Of a stretch of 64,000 bases of DNA, positions 26,277-34,801 are shown piece after piece. The stretch comes from an uncultured Eubacteriales bacterium (GTDB lineage: Bacteria; Bacillota; Clostridia; Oscillospirales; CAG-272): positions 219 to 64,218 of the forward strand of contig CAKRPQ010000002.1 in assembly GCA_934385225.1 (NCBI GenBank), read 5' to 3'. The notes beneath the pieces were generated by a model. The model was not told the DNA's origin. It made no database searches and saw only the letters and a program-made list of their open reading frames with translations. The position numbers and the translations under genes were made by a program. Every line of letters starts with the position of its first letter. Positions within the stretch are counted from its first letter, which is position 1.

Positions 26277-28565
26277 ATGAGCATGGAAACAGAGGAATAC
26301 AGCCGAAAAATCGAAGATGTCGTTTCAGACCCCGAATACAAGCCTCTGCGTCCGGAGGAGCTGATGGGACGTATTTCCGTCAATGACGGTGACGAAAGAG
26401 CGTTTTCGGGCATACTGCGCGCACTCGAAAAAACGGGGAAAATAGCCTTTACAAAGCGCGGAAAGGTCACATCGGCGGCAGGCGCGGGGCTTATCGCGGG
26501 CGTTTATCACGGAACGTCGAAAACATTCGGTTTTGTGACGCCCGACGGCAGCACGGACAAATCGGAGGACGTTTTCATTCCGTCAAAACGCTCGCTTTAC
26601 GCGCTTGACGGCGACAGAGTGCTTATAAAACTCTTCCCGAAGGACAAAAATCTGACGGGCAGAAAAGAGCATTTCGACAAAAACAAATTCCGCCGAGGCA
26701 AGGACGGCAAAATGATTCCCGCTCCCAAAAAGAGCGAGGCGGTGCCCGACAAGGGTCCCGAGGGCGAGATCGTGCGCATTCTTGAAAGAAAACTAGAAAA
26801 GGAAAACGTAATCGGCATTTTCTACCGCACGTCCGAGCTGCGCGGCAAAAAAATAAGATACACGGCATGGGTCGAACCGTCCTCAAAGAGGCTCCCCTAC
26901 TCCGTATTCGTTGACGCGCGCCGTGCCGAGGAACTCGGCGTAAATATCGGCGACAAGGTCGAAGTGAAAGTCACGAAATTTCCGAGCGATACGGGCGATC
27001 TTTCGGGCGAGATAATAAACACTTTCGGCGATTCGCGCTCAAAAGAGGCAAACTACGCCGCCATTCTCGCCGAAAACGGAATTGAGACCGAATTTCCCGA
27101 AGACGTTCTCGCCGAGGCTGAAAAATCGTCGGAGAGGGTACTCAAAACGGACGGCAGGCGCGATCTGCGCGACAAAATAATATTCACCATCGACGGCGAG
27201 GACGCAAAGGATCTTGACGACGCGATCTCGCTCGACAAGACAGAAAACGGCTACATTTTGGGCGTTCACATCGCCGACGTTTCGGAGTACGTCACCGCGG
27301 GAAGTCTGACGGACGCAGACGCGATGTCGCGCGGAACAAGCGTATATTTTGCCGACAAGGTCGTTCCGATGCTACCGAAGTGCCTCTCAAACGGTTCGTG
27401 TTCCCTTGGCGGCGGTCTTGAAAGGTATGCCCTTTCGGCTTTTATGACGCTCGACAAAAGCGGAAACATTCTTGAAACCGAGCTCTGCGAAAGCATTATA
27501 AAATCGCGCGTCCGCGGCGTTTACAGCGAGATAAACGACATTTTTGAGAACGGCGAAAAATCGGAATTTGCCGAAAAATACCGCGCCGTGCTTCCGTCTC
27601 TTTCCGAAATGCACGATCTTTACAAAATACTGAAACAGCGTTCGGACGCGCGCGGCGCGCTCGAACTTGACACGCTCGAAGCGAAGATAATTGTAAACGA
27701 AAAGGGCGAACCCGTCGATATCGTCGCGCGCGAAAGAGGCGACGCGGAAATGATGATAGAGCAGTTCATGCTCTGCGCGAACGAGGGTGTTGCAACGTAT
27801 TTAACGAATATGTCAATGCCGTGCGTTTACCGTATCCACGAAATGCCGACACCCGAAAAGGTCGAAAACTTCGCCGCTTTTGCGCGCGGCGTCGGGCTTG
27901 ACACACGTCCGCTGCACGCAAAGAAACTCTTCCCGTCGGCGTTCACGGCGATAATGAATGAGGCAAAGGAAAAGGGCATAAGCGGCGTAGTCTCAAACGT
28001 GATGCTCCGCGCTATGATGAAGGCAAAATATTCAGCCGTTCCGTCCCCTCATTTCGGGCTTTCGATAGACCTCTACTGCCACTTCACCTCTCCTATCCGC
28101 CGCTACCCCGACCTCTCGGTTCACAGAATAGTAAAAACCGTTCTGCGCGGCGAAATGACGGGCGCAAAGCTCTCTGAGCTTTCAAAGTTTGCCGAGGAAT
28201 CGGCACAGAAATCGAGCGAAAACGAACTCCGTGCACTCTCGGCAGAACGCGGAATAGAAGATCTCTACAAGGTCATTTTTATGCAGGATAAGATCGGCAT
28301 GACCTTCCCCGCGGTCATAAGCTCTGTCACATCGTTCGGAATTTTTGCCGAGCTTCCGAACACAATAGAGGGTATGATACCCGTGGAGACGCTCGACGGA
28401 ATCTTTACGCTCGACGAGAAAAACTACGTCCTTGCCTGCGGCAAAAGTGCATACCGCATAGGGCAGAATATAAATGTCACCGTTTTAGGCACCGATATAT
28501 CGACGGGCAGGATCACATTCGGTCTTGCGGACGGCGGCACGGGCGCGGAAGAGGCGGAAAATTGA
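26277..28565 (+). CDS. rnr: Ribonuclease R
   Basis: RNB-domain motifs (IDGEDAKDLDDAIS, PMLP) and a C-terminal S1 domain. Start set at ATG 26277 (MSMETEE, RBS AGAGAGGTG). The track start at 26247 lies right at the -10 box. Confidence 0.93.
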   Translation: MSMETEEYSRKIEDVVSDPEYKPLRPEELMGRISVNDGDERAFSGILRALEKTGKIAFTKRGKVTSAAGAGLIAGVYHGTSKTFGFVTPDGSTDKSEDVFIPSKRSLYALDGDRVLIKLFPKDKNLTGRKEHFDKNKFRRGKDGKMIPAPKKSEAVPDKGPEGEIVRILERKLEKENVIGIFYRTSELRGKKIRYTAWVEPSSKRLPYSVFVDARRAEELGVNIGDKVEVKVTKFPSDTGDLSGEIINTFGDSRSKEANYAAILAENGIETEFPEDVLAEAEKSSERVLKTDGRRDLRDKIIFTIDGEDAKDLDDAISLDKTENGYILGVHIADVSEYVTAGSLTDADAMSRGTSVYFADKVVPMLPKCLSNGSCSLGGGLERYALSAFMTLDKSGNILETELCESIIKSRVRGVYSEINDIFENGEKSEFAEKYRAVLPSLSEMHDLYKILKQRSDARGALELDTLEAKIIVNEKGEPVDIVARERGDAEMMIEQFMLCANEGVATYLTNMSMPCVYRIHEMPTPEKVENFAAFARGVGLDTRPLHAKKLFPSAFTAIMNEAKEKGISGVVSNVMLRAMMKAKYSAVPSPHFGLSIDLYCHFTSPIRRYPDLSVHRIVKTVLRGEMTGAKLSELSKFAEESAQKSSENELRALSAERGIEDLYKVIFMQDKIGMTFPAVISSVTSFGIFAELPNTIEGMIPVETLDGIFTLDEKNYVLACGKSAYRIGQNINVTVLGTDISTGRITFGLADGGTGAEEAEN

Positions 28566-30718
28566 GTAATTCAACTCTTCCCGTAACGGCGGTAAAGGGC
28601 GTCGGCAAGGCGCGCGCGTCAGCCCTTTCGGCACTCGGAATAGAGAGCGTAGGCGACCTTGTCACGTTCTATCCGAGAGCCTACGAGTACCGCGGGAACG
28701 TGAAAACACTCGACGCGGCAACGGACGGCGAAAAACAGTCGGTCGTGCTTACCGTTGCCACCGAGCCGAAAGTGACGCTCATAAGGCGCGGAATGTCGCT
28801 GCTCAAATTCAGAGCCTACGACGAGAGCGGAAGTGCCGAGATCATATATTTCAATCAGGATTATATGAAAGACCGCTTTGCGCTCGGCGAAACCTACCGA
28901 TTTTTCGGAAAGGTCGAAAAAAAAGGGAATGTCCGCGGAAAAGAGAAGATTTCAATGCCGTCGCCCGCCGCCGAAAAAGTCGAGACGACGGCGGACGCGC
29001 TTCCGCCTCTTACGCCCGTCTACCGCCTCACGGCGGGACTTACGCAGAACGCTTTAAACGGCTATGTAAAAACAGCGCTCGCGCTTTGCGAAAACGACCG
29101 CACGGACGAAATTCTGCCGGCGGAAACCGTTCTCGACGAAAATTTATGCACTCACGCCTATGCAATAAGGAACATACACGCGCCGGAGAGCGGCGAAGCT
29201 CTCGCGGCGGCAAAAAAACGACTTATTTTTGAAGAATTTTTCCTTTTTGCGCTCGGAAGCAGGTTAAGCCTGTCCGCAGCAAGGGAAAGCGGCGCGCCCG
29301 TATGCGCTTCGGGCGACCTTTCGGAGCTTACGTCGCTTCTCCCCTACTCGCTCACACGCTCGCAGGAGAAGGTCATACGCGAGATAAAGGACGATATGGC
29401 AAAAAGTGTGCCGATGCACCGCCTCGTTTGCGGCGACGTCGGTTCGGGAAAGACGATCTGCGCATTTGCGGCGCTTTTCGCCGCGGCAAGAAGCGGCAAA
29501 CAGGCAGCTCTGATGGTACCGACGGAAATCCTCGCGACGCAGCACTACACCGAGCTTGAAGTGCTTTTCGCAAAACTCGGAATAAGGGTTTCTTTTCTTT
29601 CGGGATCGCTCACGGCGGCAAAAAAGAGGCATATAAAAGAGCTTCTTGCCTCGCACGAAACCGATATTGTCGTCGGAACTCACGCGCTAATAACGGAAAA
29701 CGTGGAATTTGCCGATCTCGGACTTGTCGTGACGGACGAACAGCACCGTTTCGGTGCGGCACAGCGCGACTCACTTGCGAAAAAGGGCAACCACGCGCAC
29801 ACGCTCGTTATGAGCGCAACCCCGATACCGCGCTCGCTCGCGATGACGATATACGGCGACCTCGATCTCTCCGTTATCGACGAAATGCCGAAAGGACGGC
29901 AGAAAGTCGACACCTTTGCCGTTGACGAGAGCTACCGCGAAAGGCTGAACGCTTTTATAAGCAAGCTCGTAAACCAGGGCGGGCAGGTCTATGTCGTATG
30001 CCCCGCCGTCGAAGACGCATCGGGCGACGCGGACGGCGACGAGAACTCGGAAATAGATATGCGCCTTATCGGCGAGGGTGTTTTCAGATTCGATTCGGAA
30101 GGCGAATGCGCCCCGCCGCCGCTGAAATCTGCGGTCGAATATTCAAAAAAACTCGCCGCTTCGCTTCCCGACTGCCGCGTCGCGCTCGTTCACGGAAAAA
30201 TGAAGTCCCGCGAAAAAGACGACGTTATGAACCGTTTTGCGAAGGGCGATATAGACGTTCTCGTTTCAACGACCGTAATAGAGGTCGGCGTAAACGTTCC
30301 GAACGCCTGTCTTATGATAGTCGAAAACGCCGAAAGATTCGGACTTTCGCAACTTCACCAGCTCCGCGGAAGAGTAGGCAGAGGCGCAAGAAAATCATAC
30401 TGCGTTCTCGTCTCGGACTCTGTCTCAAAAGCGGCAAGAGAACGAATAGACATCATCAAAAGCACGTCAGACGGCTTTGTGATTGCGGACAAGGATCTTG
30501 CCATGCGAGGTCCCGGCGATTTTATCGGAAGTGCCGACGGAATACGCCAGAGCGGCGCACTCCGCTTCCGCCTTGCCGATATGTGCAGCGACGCGGAACT
30601 TCTCACCCGCTCGTTTAACGCCGCAAAAGCACTGCTTGCCGCCGATCCGAACCTCGAAAAGCACTCATCTTTGCGTGAGGCGGCGGAAAAATTCGTCGGA
30701 AGCGCAAAAGTATGTTAG
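28562..30718 (+). CDS. recG: ATP-dependent DNA helicase RecG
   Basis: Wedge domain plus the helicase motifs GDVGSGKT, DEQHRFG, SATPIPR and QLHQLRGRVGRG. The only in-frame start is TTG 28562, which overlaps the rnr stop. Confidence 0.93.
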   Translation: MSNSTLPVTAVKGVGKARASALSALGIESVGDLVTFYPRAYEYRGNVKTLDAATDGEKQSVVLTVATEPKVTLIRRGMSLLKFRAYDESGSAEIIYFNQDYMKDRFALGETYRFFGKVEKKGNVRGKEKISMPSPAAEKVETTADALPPLTPVYRLTAGLTQNALNGYVKTALALCENDRTDEILPAETVLDENLCTHAYAIRNIHAPESGEALAAAKKRLIFEEFFLFALGSRLSLSAARESGAPVCASGDLSELTSLLPYSLTRSQEKVIREIKDDMAKSVPMHRLVCGDVGSGKTICAFAALFAAARSGKQAALMVPTEILATQHYTELEVLFAKLGIRVSFLSGSLTAAKKRHIKELLASHETDIVVGTHALITENVEFADLGLVVTDEQHRFGAAQRDSLAKKGNHAHTLVMSATPIPRSLAMTIYGDLDLSVIDEMPKGRQKVDTFAVDESYRERLNAFISKLVNQGGQVYVVCPAVEDASGDADGDENSEIDMRLIGEGVFRFDSEGECAPPPLKSAVEYSKKLAASLPDCRVALVHGKMKSREKDDVMNRFAKGDIDVLVSTTVIEVGVNVPNACLMIVENAERFGLSQLHQLRGRVGRGARKSYCVLVSDSVSKAARERIDIIKSTSDGFVIADKDLAMRGPGDFIGSADGIRQSGALRFRLADMCSDAELLTRSFNAAKALLAADPNLEKHSSLREAAEKFVGSAKVC

Positions 30719-30731
30719 AAAATTAAAATAA

Positions 30732-30777
30732 GGTGTTCCAAAACTTGTTTGGAGTTTTGGAACACCCTTATTTTTTT
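30732..30777 (+). terminator. Intrinsic terminator after recG
   Basis: 13-bp perfect stem GGTGTTCCAAAAC (30732..30744) / GTTTTGGAACACC (30754..30766) followed by CTTATTTTTTT. The T-run overlaps the 3' end of the convergent AraC gene. Confidence 0.8.
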
Positions 30778-31562
30778 CTGTATTCCGACGGTGACATTCC
30801 CATTATCTGTCTGAAATAACGCGAGAAATTACTGAGATCGCCTATTCCGCACATCTCGGCAACCTCCGCGACGGTATAATCCGACGCGGAAAGCAGTTCG
30901 CAGGCATACGAGATACGGCAGAGGAGCTGATATCTTTTGAGGCTGTACCCTGTTATTTCCTTAAAAATATGCGCAAGATAGAAGCGGCTCACATAGTGCT
31001 TTGCGGCAAGCGAATCAAGGTCAAGGCGCATTTGAAGATCGCTTTCAAGCTCCGTTCTGACAAGTGCCGTTATCGCCTCGGCGTTTCCGCTTTTCTCGGA
31101 AAAAGCGGCGGGAAAATTTCTTTTAAGCAGACTGAGAAGTGCCGTGAGCCATATCCGCACCTCGCCCGCACCGCCGTCAAAGGACGAAGCGAACTGTCTG
31201 AAAACAACATCAAATTCGTTTCCTATCCTCCCGATTCCGACAGCGTGCTTAAAACCGACCGAATGTATCGAAAACACCGTGCAAAGCGACGGGGTTTCGG
31301 AGAGAAGCGCGTCGGTTTTTCTCGGATCAAGTGTCACGACATACCTCCCGTACTCATCCGACGTTCCTCTTATCGTGTGCGGTTCGTAGTTACTGATGAA
31401 TATTACGCAGGGCGCGTCGCATGAGCCTTTGTTTCCCGCTATCTCGTATTCGACGCCTCCGCGCGTCACATATATCATTTGGTAAACGTTGTGTTTATGC
31501 CTCTTTGCCGCCGAAACCGACAAGCCGTCCGAAAACGTACATTCTCCTATCGTGTTCTTCAA
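30768..31562 (-). CDS. AraC family transcriptional regulator (cupin + HTH)
   Basis: The C-terminal double HTH reads YLAHIFKEITGYSLKRYQL...VAEMCGIGDLSNFSRYFRQIMGMSPSEYR. The apparent start is TTG. Confidence 0.88.
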   Translation of the reverse strand: MKNTIGECTFSDGLSVSAAKRHKHNVYQMIYVTRGGVEYEIAGNKGSCDAPCVIFISNYEPHTIRGTSDEYGRYVVTLDPRKTDALLSETPSLCTVFSIHSVGFKHAVGIGRIGNEFDVVFRQFASSFDGGAGEVRIWLTALLSLLKRNFPAAFSEKSGNAEAITALVRTELESDLQMRLDLDSLAAKHYVSRFYLAHIFKEITGYSLKRYQLLCRISYACELLSASDYTVAEVAEMCGIGDLSNFSRYFRQIMGMSPSEYRKK

Positions 31563-31707
31563 CGCTTCCTCACCCCGATATTCCCGTAATTTATAAGTTT
31601 TATATATTATACCCCCGCCAACGTGCCTTTGTCAACAAGGAATGTGGCAAAGCGCATATTATTATGTAAGAGTTGCTGTATTTTCTTTTACTCGGCAACT
31701 TCAACAC

Positions 31708-31736
31708 TTCAATTCCGCAAAAATTAAAGTTATACT
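31708..31736 (+). promoter_or_regulatory. Candidate promoter of the oxidoreductase/heparinase-like operon, with an adjacent ACTTCAA direct repeat
   Basis: TTCAAT (31708..31713), a 17-nt spacer, then TATACT (31731..31736). ACTTCAA occurs at 31698..31704 and 31706..31712 and overlaps the weak -35. Confidence 0.4.
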
Positions 31737-31769
31737 TTATTCAAATAAAAAAACGAGGTGTTTATCGCT

Positions 31770-32759
31770 ATGGATCGTATTCTTATCTGCGACGAAGGTT
31801 CGGCAAAAGCCGTCTGGTCGCCCGCGCTTCTCAAAAAAGCGGGGCTTGACGGCGTTGTCACAAAAAAAGCCGATATTACAGGCTGTCCCGAAAAATACAA
31901 AAACGTAAAATACATCTTTTCGACGTGGGGAATGGAAAATTTCACCGCAGAGGAAATAAAAAAATATCTGCCGTCGCTCGAAGCCGTTTTCTACGCAGCG
32001 GGAACGGTCAGATATTTTGCGGAGCCTTTCATCGAAAGCGGCGTAAGAGTCTTTTCCGCATGGCAGGCGAACGCAGTTCCTGTTGCCGAGTTTACGACGG
32101 CGCAGATAATTCTCGCGGGCAAAGGCTATTTCCGCTCTGCGCGCGCACTGCACGAGGGCAAAAACAGAAATGACGTTTACTCCGACTTCAAGGAATACAA
32201 AGGCAACTACGACACGACGGTCGGCTTGATCGGCTGCGGCGCGATAGGCACGCTCGTATGCAAAAAGATGCGCGAATACAGCCTTAAAACGATAGTTTTC
32301 GACCCGTTCCTCTCGGACGAACGCGCGGCAAAGCTCGGCGCGGAAAAAGTGTCGCTCGAAGAACTTTTCGCTCGCTCCGAGGTCGTCTCGAACCACCTTG
32401 CGAACAACCCGCAGACGGTCGGAATGATCAGGGGAACACACTTTGAAAGTATGAAGAAAAACGCGACGTTCATCAACACAGGCAGAGGCGCGCAGATAAG
32501 AGAAAACGAAATGGCGGAAGTCCTCGTAAAACGTCCCGACATCACCGTTCTTCTCGACGTCACAGACCCCGAACCGCCCGCAGAAAATTCGCCGCTAAAC
32601 ACGCTTCCGAACGTATTTCTCTCGCCTCACATTGCGGGAAGTTCGGGGCTTGAATGTCACCGAATGGCCGAATATATGGTAAACGAGCTCGAAAAGTACG
32701 AAAAAGGCGAGGCACTCACGATGCTCGTAACAAAAGAGATGTTAAAAACAATGGCATAA
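31770..32759 (+). CDS. D-isomer-specific 2-hydroxyacid dehydrogenase family protein
   Basis: GLIGCGAIGTLV NAD-binding motif and the TGRG...DV..PEP...SPHIAG catalytic region. Start set at ATG 31770, because the track start is a GTG inside the GAGGTG RBS. Confidence 0.85.
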   Translation: MDRILICDEGSAKAVWSPALLKKAGLDGVVTKKADITGCPEKYKNVKYIFSTWGMENFTAEEIKKYLPSLEAVFYAAGTVRYFAEPFIESGVRVFSAWQANAVPVAEFTTAQIILAGKGYFRSARALHEGKNRNDVYSDFKEYKGNYDTTVGLIGCGAIGTLVCKKMREYSLKTIVFDPFLSDERAAKLGAEKVSLEELFARSEVVSNHLANNPQTVGMIRGTHFESMKKNATFINTGRGAQIRENEMAEVLVKRPDITVLLDVTDPEPPAENSPLNTLPNVFLSPHIAGSSGLECHRMAEYMVNELEKYEKGEALTMLVTKEMLKTMA

Positions 32760-32771
32760 GAGGAGATAAAA

Positions 32772-34052
32772 ATGTTCAGAAAACCGAAAACAAGAGAGGA
32801 ACTCCCGTCATCTCTGCCGTATTCCGAGAACGTGTCCGTTCTCGGCACCAAAATCAGAATCGGCGCGCACGTAGCTCAGAACAGGATAGTCTATCAGCCG
32901 ATGGAAGGCTGCGACGGCACGGCGACGGGCGAGCCGGGCGAACTTACAAAACGCAGATACAGACGTTTTGCCGCAGGCGGTGCGGGACTTATATGGTTCG
33001 AAGCGACGGCTATACTCCCCGAAGCGCGCGCAAATCCGCGCCAGATGTGGCTTCACGAAGAAAACATCGACGCCTTTAAGGCGGAGGTTGACGAAATAAA
33101 AAGCGTCTGCATGAAAGAAAACGGTTTTGAGCCTCTTGTCGTCTGCCAGCTGACCCATTCGGGCAGGCACTCGAAACCGCACGGGTATCCCGAACCGCTC
33201 ATCGCCGTAAACAAGCCTATCTTTGAGAGTGCGGGTGCACTCGGTGCGGACAGGATCCTTTCCGACTACTATCTCGATGCGCTCCCAGAAAGGTACGCAA
33301 AAGTCGCGCTCCTTGCCGAGAAAGCGGGCTTTGACGGCGTTGACGTAAAGGCGTGCCACGGGTATCTTATGAACGAGCTCATCTCGGCTTTTGAGCGCAA
33401 AGGCAAGTACGGCGGTTCTTTCGAGAACAGAACAAGGCTCTTTTACGACTCCGTAAAGGCGGTAAAAAGCGCTGTGAACGCAAAGACAACTGTCGCCTCG
33501 CGCTTCAACGTTTACGACGGCTACCCGTACCCCTACGGTCTCGGCGATTCGGGCAAGGCGGGCATTCCCGACTACACGGACGCTCTCCGTTTTGCGGCGG
33601 ACATCAAAAAAATAGGCGTTGATCTCTTCAACGTGACGATGGGCAACCCGTATTACAACAACGAGGCAAACCGCCCGACCGTTTTCGCAAAGGAAGTATC
33701 GCCCGAAGAAAGCACCGTCAGACTTATTAAAGGCGCGGAGACGATTTTCGGCGCAAACCACGGCGTTCCTCTCGTTTCGACGGGCTGGACGTACCTCGGC
33801 TCCCTTGCCGCAAATGTGGCTGCGGGCGCTGTCAAGGCGGGAATGTTCGACCTCATCGGTTTCGGCAGGCAGAGTTTCTCTTATCCCGATCTTGCACGCG
33901 ACATCGTGAGAAACGGCGGAATGAAAAGCGACAGGCTCTGTCAAACCTGCGGCAAATGCACCGAGCTTATGCGGGCGGGAAGCACACCCGGCTGCGTAAT
34001 CTACGACAAAGACGTGTATCTTGAACTTTATAAAGAAAAGGTGAAAAAATAA
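32772..34052 (+). CDS. OYE-family NADH:flavin oxidoreductase TIM barrel with a C-terminal [4Fe-4S] motif (FadH/enoate-reductase type, lacking the reductase domain)
   Basis: QLTHSGRH and GFDGVDVKACHGYL are OYE motifs. C390-x2-C-x2-C-x11-C408 lies at nt 33939..33995. The protein ends 18 aa after the motif. Confidence 0.8.
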   Translation: MFRKPKTREELPSSLPYSENVSVLGTKIRIGAHVAQNRIVYQPMEGCDGTATGEPGELTKRRYRRFAAGGAGLIWFEATAILPEARANPRQMWLHEENIDAFKAEVDEIKSVCMKENGFEPLVVCQLTHSGRHSKPHGYPEPLIAVNKPIFESAGALGADRILSDYYLDALPERYAKVALLAEKAGFDGVDVKACHGYLMNELISAFERKGKYGGSFENRTRLFYDSVKAVKSAVNAKTTVASRFNVYDGYPYPYGLGDSGKAGIPDYTDALRFAADIKKIGVDLFNVTMGNPYYNNEANRPTVFAKEVSPEESTVRLIKGAETIFGANHGVPLVSTGWTYLGSLAANVAAGAVKAGMFDLIGFGRQSFSYPDLARDIVRNGGMKSDRLCQTCGKCTELMRAGSTPGCVIYDKDVYLELYKEKVKK

Positions 34053-34053
34053 T

Positions 34054-34797
34054 ATGAAAACTGCAATAGTAACTGGCGTTCTCGGCGGAATAGGCAAGGC
34101 GTCGGCACTTAAACTTCTCGGTGCGGGATTCCGCGTCGTCGGTATGGACGTCCTCTCCGAAATAAACTCGGACGACCTCAAAAACGAAAACTTTACATAC
34201 ATCTGCGGCAACCTTGCGTCGGACAGCGACAGAAAAGCACTCGTAAACACCGCCTCGGAAAAAGGCACTCTTACCGTTCTTATGAACGTTGCGGGCGTTG
34301 CGCCGAAAGTGCGTGCCGATATACTCGATATGACCGAGGAAAGCTACGACAGGGTCATGGAAATAAACACAAAAGGTACAATGTTCCTTACGCAGGCGGC
34401 GGCAAAGAAAATGCTTGAAACAGGAAACGGCGACGGCGTCCGCGGTTACATCGTGAATATCTCGTCCTGCTCCGCGTACACAAGCTCCGTGAGCCGCGGC
34501 GAATATTGCATTTCAAAAGCGGGCGTTTCGATGATAACAAAACTCTTTGCCGACAGGCTCGCGCCCGAAGGCATACTTGTAAACGAGATATGCCCCGGTA
34601 TAATCGCAACGGGAATGACCGAGACTGTAAAAGAAAAATACGACCGTCTCATTGCGGGCGGACTTGTCCCCGAGGGACGCTGGGGGCTGCCAGAAGACGT
34701 AGCAAAAGCCGCGCTCGCTCTCTGCGACGGTACGCTCGGCTACACTACGGGACAGTCGATAATAGTCGACGGCGGAATGCACATAAGAAGGCTCTGA
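34054..34797 (+). CDS. Short-chain dehydrogenase/reductase (SDR)
   Basis: TGVLGGIGKA cofactor motif and YCISKAG catalytic YxxxK motif. 247 aa. Confidence 0.88.
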   Translation: MKTAIVTGVLGGIGKASALKLLGAGFRVVGMDVLSEINSDDLKNENFTYICGNLASDSDRKALVNTASEKGTLTVLMNVAGVAPKVRADILDMTEESYDRVMEINTKGTMFLTQAAAKKMLETGNGDGVRGYIVNISSCSAYTSSVSRGEYCISKAGVSMITKLFADRLAPEGILVNEICPGIIATGMTETVKEKYDRLIAGGLVPEGRWGLPEDVAKAALALCDGTLGYTTGQSIIVDGGMHIRRL

Positions 34798-34801
34798 AAA
34801 T

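Noticed and set aside
30732-30766. Similarity between the recG terminator (GGTGTTCCAAAAC...GTTTTGGAACACC) and the 60297..60327 hairpin (CCCCAAAAC...GTTTTGGGG), considered as a possible repeat family.
   Set aside because: They share only the CAAAAC/GTTTTG core. The stems, loops and flanks differ. This is consistent with independent Rho-independent terminators.
32995-33002. GGTTCGAA, a tRNA T-loop-like word, noticed while scanning for tRNA genes.
   Set aside because: It lies inside the OYE coding frame (LIWFEAT), and no acceptor or anticodon stems can be drawn around it. I found no tRNA, rRNA, tmRNA or RNase P-like sequence in the window.
32808-34268. A 486-aa minus-strand ORF spanning the OYE gene and the start of the SDR gene.
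   Set aside because: It is antisense to two genes that have clear cofactor motifs, and it crosses a gene boundary. There are no start signals.
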